Source: Chrysomallon squamiferum
Lineage: Eukaryota > Animalia > Mollusca
NCBI GenBank assembly: GCA_012295275.1
Contig: CM022667.1
Location: forward strand, 21,390,001 to 21,454,000
Reading direction: 5' to 3'
Length of the DNA: 64,000 nucleotides
Shown: positions 14,771 to 29,948 of the stretch, piece after piece
Numbering within the stretch: the first letter of the stretch is position 1
Layout: every line of letters begins with the position of its first letter
Position numbers and translations under genes: made by a program
The notes under the pieces: generated by a model
Seen by the model: the letters and a program-made list of their open reading frames with translations, nothing else
Databases searched by the model: none
What the model was told of the DNA's origin: nothing

Positions 14771-17700
14771 TGATTCTATATAGAAACATACATAGAAACG
14801 ATCTACTACTTTGTAGCTACTGTAATACAATAGAAAATCTTGCTAGAGTCTGCTAACAAACCTAACTCAAATCACAAGTTATTATAAAATTTTACAGAAT
14901 TTTTTTATTTTTTTTTTTTTGTCAAATTGATTATCTTTAACGACATTTAATGTTACAGCATATTTCTTACTAATGACCTTCAACCTATCTGTGAGACACA
15001 ACACATTAGATACAGTTAAAACGTCGTCCTCAGCTAATGGTTTGTTGATAATTACTTACATAGATCTTTGATTAAAACGTATATTGGTATTTGAGATTTA
15101 AACTTCATAGAATAACAGAATTTTCTGAAGAAAGGTAAATAATAAATAGCTATTTACGACATATGCTAGGCACGAACTAATCCTGATTTTTAGTAACGTT
15201 CTTAAATAGTTACTGCAGACAAGCCTAAGTACGGTGAAAGCTGAACAATTTGAATATCGGATTGATCTTTAATTTTTTTTTTTTCATGATGATTGGACTA
15301 ATATTTGTTAGAATTAATTACATATCAGAACAGATATGTTGAATCAGTCATCGTTATATGCCTTATCTATTTAAAAATACAGCAACAATCACCATATTTA
15401 GCTTTCTGATTAAAGTACAATTATTTACGATTTAAAAAACCTTTTGAAAAATATAAGAAAACAAATGGATTATAAGCCTATTTGATTATTTTTTTAAATA
15501 AAAATCCACTTGACCTCTATCGTATTCTTAATGAAACTTGTAACAAATATCGGTATCGACCCCTTCCCATAATAAAACCGCTTACACTAGTATATAGAGC
15601 GGAAATGGTTCACCTACATACGTGTTACTGATGTTAATGGAAATCAAGTGGACTCACTGACAATGAATAATAAAGTTTCTATCTGAAGCTAATGGTCTTA
15701 ATGACTATTACAGAATCTTAGACTACGCTAGGCTGAGTGGTGCATGCAAGTGTGGGTGTGTTTATTTCTATCCTGGTTACACGTTTTGGCTGTATGGCTG
15801 TACATGTTTGTATCTCTGTCAAACTGCGTTCTTGGTCTGTTACTAATTGTTTGAAATAAAACTACACAGTCTTTATAAATACGAAACTTTTCAGATTACT
15901 TTATCATTTACACTATCAGAACTGATATTACGTTCAACAAATTATCTTTACGTGACTCATCATTTTCCGTTGTCAGATCTTTGTTTCTTCACGAGTGAAC
16001 TGTCTGATTCTGAGACGTTTCCATGAATAAAACAGAGGCGCCGTGCGCTCTGGTTAAACTGGTTGCAGTAATTCGCGACTCGGCTGGAACACGGCCACTG
16101 CGCTGTTTCCTCTTCACGTCGTCGCTGCTGCTGCTCCGTGCTACTCGTTTTGTCTTCACTGACGTCAGGTTTGAAACTAAACTATTTCTGTTATTGTTAG
16201 AGTGATTTTTCTTGGTATCCGAGGCCATACTCAATCTTTTACTTCGTCAGTATCACCAGTTTTCATAAAGAGCAGCTTCTTCCGATATAAAATATCTTTT
16301 CCATTTCAGTTCAGGTATAGGTTTTCTAAATTTGCTGATATGTTTATTCGTTGCGCTGTTTTTTTAAAACACTAACACATGTAATGATACTGAAAGTTTT
16401 TGTCTAACTCATTCTGGCCTCTCTGATTCATCATTTCATCATCATTATAAACACTAAAGTTAAAAGACCAAATATTTAACTAAAAATGTTTAACCACTTG
16501 ATATAATACTGGCGCTATACTCACACTATGGACGGAAACATTACCATGATTTAACATCCCCGAGAACCCTGCAGTGACCCGAATACAACTGCATGCTCCG
16601 TTATTTACAGTATTCCAAAACAATACAAAAGAAAGACCACTATTCTGAGATAAACCAATTTCTACATTTGAGCTAGGCTTCTCTTGCCTATAGAAATTAG
16701 AAAAATGAGAGAGAGAAAGAAGTGCTCTAATGTGCGTGATTCATGATTCTTTTGAAGAAAGACGTGAAAGAAATGAAATAGAAGCGGGAAAAATAGACTC
16801 AAGTCTGACGTAAATTGCTACACGTAATTGGCCACATCTATTGGAAGCAAAAACAAACGTGACTTTTAACTGCTTTCTTCCATAAGGGATTTTCAATGGT
16901 TAAAAAGGCTAAAAATTCCCAATAGCCTGACATTCAGGTATGCTAATCATCTATATAATGGTACTTACAGCCTGCTGGAAGGCAAGTGCTTCTAGCTTCT
17001 GTAAATAATTTGTTATCTCTGCTAGATTCCCAGAAATATGTGTGAAGACATCAAAGAAAAGATTTGTTTGGATAGAGACAACTAAAACGAATTTTGCTGG
17101 TCTATAATACTCTAATTTTATGACCTACTGTAACGCACTGCAGGCATTAGTAGCAGTAGTAGTAAAAGTTATAGCCGTGGTTATACTGGTTCCAATTACA
17201 GTAAATAAATAAATGCCTATTTACTTGCAAATAAGTATTTTGTTTTCTGGAATGAAATAGTTTAAAAACCTACTAGTACTAACAGTAATGCTAGGAGTAA
17301 TACTAATAGCAGAAGTGGTGATATGTAGTAGTAATAGTAACAATAATAGTAGTAGTAGTAGTAGGAAGGAAGAAATATTTTATTTAATATTAAAGCATTT
17401 GCACTACAGTTAGTGTAGAGGGGACCGCTGTCTTCAGTTAGCTGGTTTCTTGGTCGTCCTGTTAAAAATACATATCATGAATTTTTATTACCTGTGCTTG
17501 TGTGTAGTGTGTGGTCTGTGTCGTGTTTAACTAACTGAATGGAAATGTACGTGTGTCTGTCTGATTCTGCAGGAAATAAAATTATTTCCAATAGCAGCTT
17601 TGCTCTCTGTATGACACTGTACAAAAACGGTTTGTTTGATACCTAACGTGTAAACGATTAATCCATGATCATGACAGGAAACTTATTTTAAGACAAAACT

Positions 17701-18066
17701 GTAGCAGTCTGATTTATTTTTAGTCTAATTCTACAGTCGATCATCGTTCTCGACTCCGCTTGAAGTGAAATATTTTCTTATTGAGTTGTTTTGTAACATG
17801 AAAAAATCTAATTGATTTACGCGGTGTCATGAGTTGTATTGGCGATGTCTGGCGACTGAACACAAACTCACACTCCATTCGGTAAACTATTGGCAACGAT
17901 CTCAATAGACACTACCAAAGTAATTTATAAAATTATGCTGTCTCGACCTTTTAAAAATTATTTAAATAATACCTTTATCAAATCTAAAAAAAAATCTATT
18001 TTAATTTTAATCATTCTTTAGGAAATATTTTACTTACGTTTTTCTTTCTTTCTTTCTTTCTTTCTT

Positions 18067-18097
<31 letters not shown>

Positions 18098-21000
18098 TGC
18101 TTCTTATGCTTCTTAATTTTATTATTATTATTATTATTTTTTTATGTTCTTGATATTATGTTTATTTTATAACTGGTATTATGCTTATGACGATAACAAT
18201 TGTTATTGTTATTATATCATTAATAAATGATGGGGGTGTATTTTGTCATTTATTTTTCCCTACAGTTCAGTACTTTTTAAGACAGTTTATAAACTCTTTG
18301 CTTCTTTCATTACAAACTTTCCAACCTAGCAGGTGCTGGCTTTAATTAAACCGGATGTGATACTTCCACCAATCAACTCGGTTTATTCACAGATGAGCTC
18401 GTCAAGAAAGAGTCTGCAGTGTGAATGTTAAGCTCTGCTCTAGAAATATTCGCATCCTGCAGACTTGGACGATTCATGAAGTAGAGTGAAGACAAATCAA
18501 ATTTTACACCGTCACGAATCGGAACGTCTTTGATAAGATTTTAACGCAAACGATGAGGTAATATTTACTAAGCTAAAGGCATTAGTCGGATGAAAAATAG
18601 AAGAGAAAGGAAGATGTTTTATAGAAGCATATGAAATATGATAACTTTCTAAATTGGTTCTTTCCAAGAAATAGCATATTATTTAGGCATATGCAGATTT
18701 ACAAGTAAGAAAGTTATCGATAACGAAGCTTCACTTCTGAAATCCTGAATAAAACACCAGTGTTTTAAAACTGAACTGTATTTATCTTCTAGTTCTATGA
18801 AAACATTTAACTGAAGGCCTCATGCAGCTTTGTGCGCTTCTCTGTCTCTGATTTGATTTAATAATTTTGTGATAACAAAAAAATTATAATTTGATATGCT
18901 TTCTGTAGTGACATGATAAAAGGTAATGCAAATTTCTTGTCAGGATAAACGAAACTGAATTTCCTTTGATTCTTCAATCCTGATTCTCTGTGTCGGGAAA
19001 ACAAACAACTTTAGGGGTTTTTATCACTTCTTTTATTGGTGAGATTTCCTCCCTCATCCTTCGTGGAAGTCACCGAACCAACGTCACAATGGCGGAAAAT
19101 TATATCAGCAGCTTCAATCGACGATGTTTGGCGGACTGTCATTTAATAATTCACTTTTTCTTTTCTTTCTCCTTCTTCTTATTTTTTATTTAGTTTATTT
19201 TATTTTATGTATTTATTTATTTATTTATTTTTCATATATATATATTTTTTAATTACTATATTTTAATTATTAATATTTCATATGGTTTTTACTATTTATT
19301 TCAATACGTTTTTATATAAAATAATAATAATAATAATAATAATAAATATGGTTTATTGTTGTTTTTTATTGATAAATAATACTCTTGTCAACTTAATTTA
19401 ATGAAATAGAAGATTTCAGTTATTAATTATTTTTTCTTCTCTTTCTGAATATAAAAACAATGACACACATTTTGACATTTAATAATGTCCTGCACAGTAT
19501 TAAACGAGAAACCAACAGTGAAATACAACAAAAATAACTATCTCTCTGCTCTCTCTCTCTTTCTCTCACATGCACACTCATGTACGCGCACGGATACATA
19601 CACCCACGCACGCGCGCACACAATACATGTGTTTACATGTGTGTGGGAAGAGGAAGTAGGCACGCGTTTGTTTAAGTACATTTCTTGTGTCAAACACACT
19701 GGAAGAAAATGCTTTCAGTATCTTTTGGAACGTCTTCAGGTGAAACAGCTGCGTCTGTTACATTATCTTTTTCAAGTAATTTAGCCTTCTTTGCTGGCTG
19801 AGTGGTTTTATTAATGTCTTCATCGATCTGAAGACGCTGTCTTTTAAAGCATCTCAGTGTGCCAGTTTGACACGGTCAGGCCTACATACATTTTTTATTT
19901 ATTGATACTGATGAACATTTCTACTTGCGCTATTGTTTGCTAAATACATTCAAATACAGTGAAGTAGTCAGCACTCACGATATAAGCAGAAAAAAAAAGA
20001 TTGTTGTATGAGTTTTTTCTCTCTAATCGTTTCTAATTTAATAATCTCGAACGACAGATCTTTGTTGAGTTCAGGTAATAGAAAAGGTATTAAATTAACT
20101 ATTACCTGTCTTAACTGAGACCTATCGTATCAGTTTCTAATTCAAGAAGTCCTGTAAAAAAGCATCTCAATAGCAGCTGCGGTGAATTCAATTTACAGTA
20201 GATAAAGACAAAACTACGCTTTAGCCGCACATTGCAAATTACTGCAGTAAGTTTACCAGATGCCATAACTACCTTGCTAGCTTACCAAGTACACGCCCGC
20301 AAGTAAAGCTGTTAATTCAATAAAGAAAGATTGTCTTTTTTGTTTTGAAAGAACACTAGTGATAATATATGTGTTGTTTACAAAAGTTGAGTGAAATGTG
20401 CAAGAAGTAATGTGACTGTGGATAACTGCACTATTAGAGGAATTAGACTTGAACGGGAAACCAAAAAGAACAATATGGCCGTCTCCATTTCCATTATTTT
20501 AAATTTATAACAAAAAAAATCATAATAATTAATAAGTTAACTTAAGCTTAAGTTAAGTTAAGTTAAAAATAATAATAACTAATATATTGTTTTTTAATTA
20601 GTAAGAAAAATTAATTAATTAATGATTCTTAAATTCTTTGACACTCGTGTGTTTCAAAGTAAAAATGAAAAATTCTCTTGAACTGATATAACAGCCAGCA
20701 GCTGTTTGCTCGTTAGCTTTCATTATTTATTTATATATTCACCACTTTCATGCATGCTCACAATCTGAGAAAATTGAAACATAATGACAAGAAGAAAACT
20801 AGTCAACAGTTTGAGATATTTTAATTCATTTTGCATGCTTCCAGGTTGTTTCATTTATTTCTCCCCAGTCTTTCTTAGAAATGATTAAATTTATAAGTAT
20901 AAAACAAATCTTCACAGACGAAGGAAACTTTGAAATGATTTATTCATCTATATATTATTTGTGCTACTTCTTTCTAGTTTCTTTTCTTTCTTTCTTATAT

Positions 21001-21404
21001 TCTACCATTTCTCTGCACGAAATGACATCGTGAAATGTCAGTTCTCGTGTCACAAATGTATTATTTTGTGTTTATTGTCAGCACGAACTGATGAAAGAAA
21101 TACAAACATACTCAAATAGAAACATGTATTTTATTATTCAGCGTAAGTAATGAGGAAAATAGAGCAATAAATATATTGTTAAATATTTATTACTACTAGA
21201 GTAAACACGGTAAGTTAAGTGCCTATCTACCGAGTTTCACAAATCTTCTGTCACAGGATAAACTTACCAAAGTACTCTGCATCCTGCAGGTGTTTTCTGA
21301 ATCCACCAACTGAGAAGAGACTAAAAAGAGAAAAACCAGCAGTGATTAACTCACAGCACCGGTGATTACTGAGACGATCTGCTCGAAATTCCACACCGCC
21401 ACAC

Positions 21405-21485
21405 GAAGAACCAATCATTAAGGAAATGGGATACTTCGCCGCGTGACGTCAACGGAAGGAAAAAGGCGGTGTGTGTTTAAACAAG
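21405..21485. promoter_or_regulatory. Motif cluster (CCAAT, full CRE, ETS core), candidate enhancer or promoter
   Basis: CCAAT 21411, TGACGTCA 21444-21451, CGGAAG 21453-21458, palindrome TGTTTAAACA 21474-21483 in a CpG-rich patch. Confidence 0.42.
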
Positions 21486-22371
21486 GCAGACTGAAATAAA
21501 TTGTCAGTTACTTCCTTATTAATGCGTCTTCGTGTTATTGTTATTTTCTTCAAATTAATCAAGATTCATTTGAAGAAAACAATAATACTTCTCATTTATC
21601 TTATTTATTTTTATATTTATTAAAAGATAAAATATTATTATTAAAAAAATAATAATAATAATAATAATAATAAAATCAACAACAACAACAACAACAACAA
21701 CGTGTCAGATCTAAAATAAATACAGATCTTTTAAAGTTATTTATATATTTATTTTCGATATTTATTATTACAATTATTTATTTATTTATTTATTTATTGT
21801 TGTTGTTGCTGCTGCTGTTGCTATTGCTGTTATTGTCGCTGTCGTTATTAACATCATCATTTTATTTGGAGTTTTCGTTTAAATGTTAAATACCTTTATA
21901 AGCTAAGATATTTGTTTCAGTTCACATTTATTTTTCAGCAGTTAAGTGACAACTCGATAATATAAAGAACAGTCTTAAATTACAATAAACAGATTACAAC
22001 AGTCTATTTTAAGTTGGGAATTATTCTTCTAATTTCTGAAATATTATTAATAAATTCCACCTCCATTATTACAAAGGATGGGAGAGTTACTTAGATACTT
22101 CTAATTAACTTACTTCAGAATTTCTCACGGCGCGCCCTACATTTACAAATAATAACAAATTTCCAGTTTAGCAGAAGAGAATGTGCACACTCTTATTACT
22201 GAATAAAGAAATATTAGCAACAGAAATAACTAATTGTTTCTATTCAGCTGAAATCAGTGTAATCAGTCGGAACAGCTTACTTCGCGTTTAATATTGATTT
22301 TATAGAGGCGCATCAGAGACGTGTTATTTTACTGACTAATCAAGGCAAACATAAAAAATAAACTACTTCTT

Positions 22372-22375
22372 CACA

Positions 22376-22423
<48 letters not shown>

Positions 22424-22432
22424 ACAGGCATA

Positions 22433-22498
<66 letters not shown>

Positions 22499-22596
22499 CA
22501 TACACACATACACACATACACACACACACACACACAGGCATACACACATATACACACACACATACACACACACACATACACACACACATACACACC

Positions 22597-22667
<71 letters not shown>

Positions 22668-22770
22668 ACACACATACACACAGGCATACACACACATATA
22701 CACACATACATGCACCAAAACACTCACCAACAGGCACACACACATACACACAAACACATACACATTTAAA
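22372..22770. repeat. Compound (CA)n microsatellite with recurring caggcata interruptions
   Basis: Seen directly. Confidence 0.95.
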
Positions 22771-25751
22771 CACAAAAACACATTATGATACAAATACAGA
22801 AAAGTGGAATAAAATTAGTTGTTAGGTTAATTACTAGAATCACTTTATTTTAATCAAGGTAATCTTACAGACAAGCGTATAATCCGGGTGAGCGCCATGC
22901 ATTCACTTCATGATAAATATTTCAATAACATAAACATGGCTCATTACAGAGAACCCATTTTCTGGTCTCGTTGTGAAATATTGTGACAGTTGTTCTGAAA
23001 CAGCGCTGCACGTCCCACACCTAGGTTTATGATCACGTGGCACGGACGGATGGTAGGACAACGCGGGAGAAACAAAAATTGAGGCTGAAGAGTGAGCGAT
23101 GTTCCACCAGCACCCGGCAGACGACACAGAATCAGTTACTTGAAATACTGGTGACAGTTTCGATAGAGGAATACTTTTTCCTGTAACTATTGCTGACATA
23201 TATTTTCTATATCAAACTACGATTTACAAATATAATTTTCCATAAATCTTCTCCAGAACAATCGAGATATTTTAATCAGGAAATTGATGATAATTTTAAT
23301 TCATTGTCAAAAGTCTTTCCTACGTTACACCAGACTGAGGCAATCCACTGGTCAATAGAAATTAATGTAAATGGCCGTATGAATGGAAAAAGGGTTACTA
23401 ACTTACTAACAAAATGTAATTATTGCTGTGGACCGCACTGAACACATAGGATATGAAAAGAGAATATCCGATCAAACAGTTTAATCATATAGCGTATTTC
23501 TCAAATTATTTACAGAATATTTCAAACAATGCCACTTGAATTTGACTGAAAACAGATAGGCATTCCGATACAGAAATGCTTCAACTCAACAGTGGGTATC
23601 TTACGGCGTTCCTGTAGTTAGATATTAAGAGCTCGCTCTGTTTTGCGTAGGCACGTCCTGTATTTCTAGTTATTTTTTTCCTCATTCAATTAACGCTATT
23701 GTCTTTAGGCAGATACTCTTCCTGGTAGAATATACTGTTATCACGTTCTACACAGAGTTTCTGTCAATTATATTATGTCTGCCTTTACGCATATGTGTGT
23801 ATGAAGTTACATAATGTTTTGTATGAACTTGTATACTGTAAAGATGTGTGTCTTCAGTTAGATGTTTTTGTATGAACATGTAGAATTATGTTAGTTTTAT
23901 TAATAAATAATTATTGAGTTGATAGATATTGCTCTAAAGGTGTATTACATTTGTAAGTTTTTCTGAAGGTAAATAGCGTTATTTAGGCCGATAATCTTTT
24001 TCTATAAGATATTATATTTACAGCTAAAATACTCATTACATTTCAGTTGAAGATGCATAGTGTTTGTTTTGTTTTATTGTTGTTGTTTTTTTCTTTTGTT
24101 TTGTTGGTGTTGTTCATATGTTTTATTTCCTTTTTTTTTTTTTTTCTTTTTTTTTTAAAAAAAAAAAGATAATATTGATTATCATAGATAATCTAAGCAA
24201 ATATATCAAATGCAGACAGCAGTTCAGTGAGTAGGGATTTTTTTTGTATTCGTTAGACAGATTTTTATTTATTTATTTATTTATTTATTTATTTTTGGAC
24301 AATTTTTTTGTTTTTGTCAGCTTAATAAAACACCTTTGTAAATCGTCTTCAGTTGTGTACTTTCAGTCTGAACATGCACATTCACATACAAATCCAATAA
24401 GCATCTAAATCAATTGATTTATCGACAAATACTTGTTTAGCGAGCAAAGTTTATTCTGATTAACACTTAGAGGCGGATACAACACTAAGCAATATGTTAC
24501 CAAATCCAGTCAATATTGCAGCAATAGAAATTTGCTAGAGCAAAATAAATAGAATTATTTAAATACAATTATTTAAATGAGAGAGACAAGACTGCCTAAG
24601 GTGTTCTGTTTGTCACTGCAGTCTGCACTCGAGACATCCATAATAAAAAGAATAAATAGTCAACGTGAACAACTAATTTTGTTACACGATGTTTTTTCTT
24701 TAACGTTATTACTTCGTCATTATCAACGTCTTTTTAGTATTATATAGATATAATCTGATGAACTGTTGTCTTCAAAATAACTAATTCCAGCTTAACATAA
24801 CAACAGCAAGCTATACAAATAAATGATTTTTGATGTTTTAATCAGTTTTGTCTCAAAAATTTATTGAAGGCAGATGTCGGTATGGTATTAAATCTGCCAC
24901 AATAACATTTTTTCAACATTATTAACAAAAGACAAAAATATAAAATATTAAAATAATAACAAAATAAAATAATTTTCAATACCTTGTTTAAATACTGTTT
25001 TCCAAAATAAATAAATAGAAGAGCAAGAAAAAAATGCTAAGTGATCAACTTAATTATAGGATATGATAACGCATAATAATAACCAAAAAAACAAATCCGA
25101 TTTCATTTACAAATGGCTTCTCGCAAAAATAATAAGACATCGATTGAAATTATTTTTAAAAGACGATCTAATGAAAATTTGCATACAGAGCAGCTTCTAG
25201 TTTTTTCAAACATGAACATGGAAGACCTCGGTAATTTGGAGCATGTCAGCATGTTGGTATTAAATACATGATTAGATCTGTGCTGTGTATTCAAGTATTG
25301 AAATTAGTAACGTTTATATTATAAATAATTCAGATATTAACAACGTAGAATAATATACAGATCTAAATTTATTATAAATTCACACTGTTGAATAATGTAT
25401 AGAACTAAATTCAGTTTGTACGTGCATTACCGCCAGTGGGTTGAGTTTGTTTACCCGTGATCGAGATCCACAAAAAAAAGAGTTAAATATCTAGAAATTC
25501 CAATGTGAAACACAGAACACGCACTTCATGAATGCACACGTGCTCGAGGAATATCGCCTTCGTACACTTCGCTACCTCACTGACTGGTTCGAAATTTGGC
25601 TAAAGTTGAGATTATTTGTGTATTTCCCAATTTTTGTACAAATATTCCGAAATTCGACAAACTGGAGTACGTTTTATGGATTGTAAGGTATGTGTGTTTG
25701 TGTGATTTGTGTATTTAGTCATAAATACACATATATATATACATAATTTTA

Positions 25752-25965
<214 letters not shown>

Positions 25966-26037
25966 CATCGTGCAACAGTGGCAAAATATGATTAGTTAAA
26001 AAAACGAAAAAAAGAAGATACAAGTCTGTATGATTGT

Positions 26038-26307
26038 CAGTGATGTGCACAGTGGTGTGCACAGTGGCATGCACAGTGGCGAGCCGAAGGGGCGATGGCC
26101 CTGGGCATCCAGTCAGAGAAAAAACAACTTATTAAAGTTGGTAGATTTATATTTAAATCGAATAAAGTATTTATTTAATGTTTCATCTGTTTACATATTC
26201 AAAAATCTTCCTTTCTCATATTTCAGTACTATGCCTTATACTTGAGTCTTTGGGGCATACATTCAAGGAGTTGGCCCCAGGCATCACCAGACCTCTGCAA
26301 GCCACTG
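26038..26307. mobile_element. hAT-like MITE
   Basis: Left end cagtg(a/g)(t/c)(g/a)tgcacag repeated, right end ctctgcaagccactg; GC-rich subterminal sequence; 8-bp flanks atgattgt and aggatgga match 5/8. Confidence 0.55.
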
Positions 26308-29300
26308 AGGATGGAGAGGCAAAAGAATAATACAAAAACCTATTGGATCAGGCAAGTCTCTCAAATGACACATACTAGTACGTTTTTCTGTTTTCTATGA
26401 TGATTATAAAGGACTGATGTAACATTATTATCAAATATGAATCTTTTGTTCTCATTTCACAACTACAGCACAACAAATAACAGATAAGTTTATTTTAATT
26501 TTTTAATTTCCACAAAAGAAAGTTGTATTTTTTGTTTGTTTGCTTGTTTTCTTAAATTCTGATATATGAAAAAGATTAATAATGTTAAGACTTAATACTG
26601 CTGTAAGATTTTTATAATTAAATTATTGTGAAAGATTTATCTTCTTGTATCACATTTAAATATTTCTCTATGGGTTTCTAAATATAATCAGTAAAAGACT
26701 TGAAATGTCTGGGTTTTTATCTGAAATAGCTGACACTTAAAATATCTTATTAACATTCTGCTTCAAAACTGCTGAAAGAACAACATTGCTGTTTTCTGAC
26801 TTTCAAGTTTCTGTTTTTGGTAAAACAAAGTTTCTTGAACAATATTAACAAAAACAACAAAGTGAAGCATATGTACTATAGAAACAAGCTAATAAACTTG
26901 CTAACAACAGACAAAATGATGTAATAAAAAGGAAGAAGAGAACATTCTTTAAACAAAGCATTGATCTATGACCAGGTGACAACTATTTAACATGAGAAAC
27001 TATATAAACAATAAAATGTTAGCATAATTTCCAAACACAAATCCATTATAATACAATTAATATATATACTAATTAATTCAAATTTTAAACATCGAGTGGC
27101 CATAACAGTTCTTTATGGATTAATTTGTTCTACTTTTATTTCATAATATGCATAAAAAGCCCATTTCAAATCATCTTAAAAGTTATAAAGAATTATATAT
27201 AATCTTTAGTTTTAAAATTTTGTAATGCATTCATAACTGATATTACAATAAGATTAATATTATTACTTATAAGAGGAAAAGTAGAAATCTGAAAATGTTC
27301 TTGCAGATGGCCTCCATGTAAAAACAACACTACTGCACTAAATCCACTTTCAGACCAGTTTACGTAATCAATTTTAAAACAGAAGTAGAAATGGCTGTGT
27401 TTTAAAAATAATTAGAGAAATTCTGGCAAAACAGTCAACTGTAAACTACTGTGTTCATGTTGCTCTTGAAGCTGTCAGGACAGGTCAAGTAAGTCAATCA
27501 AAAACTACATTGTTTTTTTATTCCATTTTGTTCTGTTACTTTTTCAAGCTTACAGAAGTAACATGCATACTGGTTGAGAGGACATGCAGAGACCAGGATA
27601 AATTATCTAGGATTAGGAGAAAAAATCTGTGTAAAATGTAAAACTTATCAGTATTGCATATACTTGTTTGGTACAGTCTAGATTTGAATACAGTTTACTG
27701 AGATCCTGTTTAAAACCTCTAAATGTGTTAAAAACCAGCCAAGCACCTAAGCAAACTGTCTGTATGTCTTGACTAAATTACTTTAAGATTAATATTTGGA
27801 TAGCTCTCTATAAATAATGCGTAATTCATCCTCCATGAAAACAATAAGATTTCAATGTCCAAAATAATAACAATAATAATATTAATAATAAAAGCTAACA
27901 AGAAATAAAGAAGAAGAAAACGCTTTTATTTCAGTTCTATTTCATATTTAGTGTCACTTTCAAAATAACAGCAGCATGACATTTAAAAGTCATAATTGTT
28001 AAGGAATAAAAGGCAAGAGTAAATACATTTTTAGTAAATAAATAAGCATGTTTTCAACAATATAATAGTTGAACAGACAGCTAAAAGAAAAGAAAAATTC
28101 TAAATATATATGTGTATAGACATGCAAATTAATATTTGTCAATACAGTAAATGGCAACTGTTTGAGAAAGAAAGTGACACAAATTATAAATAAAATAAAA
28201 AATTAATTAAAATTCCCAGTTCTTTCTTTTTCATTTTCATTACTTACCTCTCAGATATACCAAAACTTTTAGAATAAAAAAGAAAATTAACCAACCATCT
28301 ATTGTATTTAACACCAATGTAAAAATCAATAAAATTGTTCATAACATATATACAGATCATTTATCAATTAACACTTTATAAACTGACAACATATTCACAA
28401 TATTTGTGACTCCTAATTAATTTTGGCCTGACTTATGATCCAAAATATCAGTGACAATAACAGCTACATTAAGCTGGCTTATTTATATTCAGAAAATTTA
28501 TTGTCACAAGTGTGTACCTCTGAAAGTTTCATTACATGTTGATGTTATACATAAAATGTGACCTTTCAAGGATTCATGAATTTATTTTAAGGAAAGATAT
28601 AATAATAATTAATGAAAGAAATAATATATATATATATAAATAAGCTTTTTACAAATCCTGAAGGCAATACAACAAGAATTTGATTATAATGTTTTCTGTT
28701 TGCTCTAAATAAATAACACTGATAGGCAAATTAGTTTACATTTTTATGAAGTTAAAAAATACATATTTTATAAAAATGAAAAAATGAAAATTAAAAAAAA
28801 AAAATTTGAATTAATAAAGAAAAAGAAGAGCAGAAAAGAAAAAGGTGCACTATCCATCAGGACTATTCATTCTTTTGTTTTCCTGTTTTCATTTAAAAAT
28901 TAAAGAAAAATACATTACTTTACAAATAACTTAATAGTTTTTAAAATTGTCACAAAAAAGGATAAAATAAATAAGACAAATAATCCATTTAAGTTTCAAT
29001 AAGCCTAATAGAAATTAATTATATAATAAGAATAATAAATAAAATGTTACAATGAAACTGCAACATTAAAAATACATTTATTATTTTTACCCTTCTTGTA
29101 TTCCCAACCCCCCAGTACTAAAAATAATTTTTTAAATAAAAGATAATGGGGACAAAATGAATTTACATCGTAGTTAAAGACAGTAAGAACATGGACAATT
29201 CAAAATGACAACATGCAAAACAATGTTTATATGCTCATTTGCATTACACAGACAACACTACATACCAAATAACATTCACTTCTAAATATTTATTACTACA

Positions 29301-29904
29301 TTCCTCTGATGTTAACAGTTTAGAATCATTTATTATAAAAATTATAGTCATCCTTGATATAAAGCTACCTCATTGAAAAAGTTCAATAAAATGACAAGCA
29401 TTTGTTTTCACTTATAAAATATTCAGGGTTTTTACATTAAAGAATGTTTTATGAAACCAGATTAAAAATACATTTGAGGCATTTGTAGGCAGATGGTAAT
29501 AATACAGTAATTATCACTGTAATTATTATTTAAATAAATATTTATTTTAATTAATTTTTTAAATTCCAAATTATTCTACCAGTACTGGATGTCTTTCTGG
29601 GAGAGTCTAGACACTTTTTATGAATATAAATTATTTTTTTTAGTTTAAATGTTCGTTATTATAAGCACTAAATTAAATTAAATGCAGTTTCTTTTTGTTG
29701 AAACACATATCTGGTTGAGTAGTAAAGTACAAGTTTCTAGCTTGTGAAAATTGCACTAGTTATAACACAATACATTTCTCTTGGTACAGATATAAAGTAA
29801 CATTTCTTAGACTTGACTAATCAACATGAAGGAAAATTGAAAACTAACAACACATATTACATCAGCTCTTTTCTCCTTTTAAAAGCAGAACAAACACAAA
29901 AACA

Positions 29905-29948
<44 letters not shown>

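Noticed and set aside
20537-20556. Perfect 20-bp palindrome ttaacttaagcttaagttaa
   Set aside because: Explained by a local TTAAG pentamer repeat.
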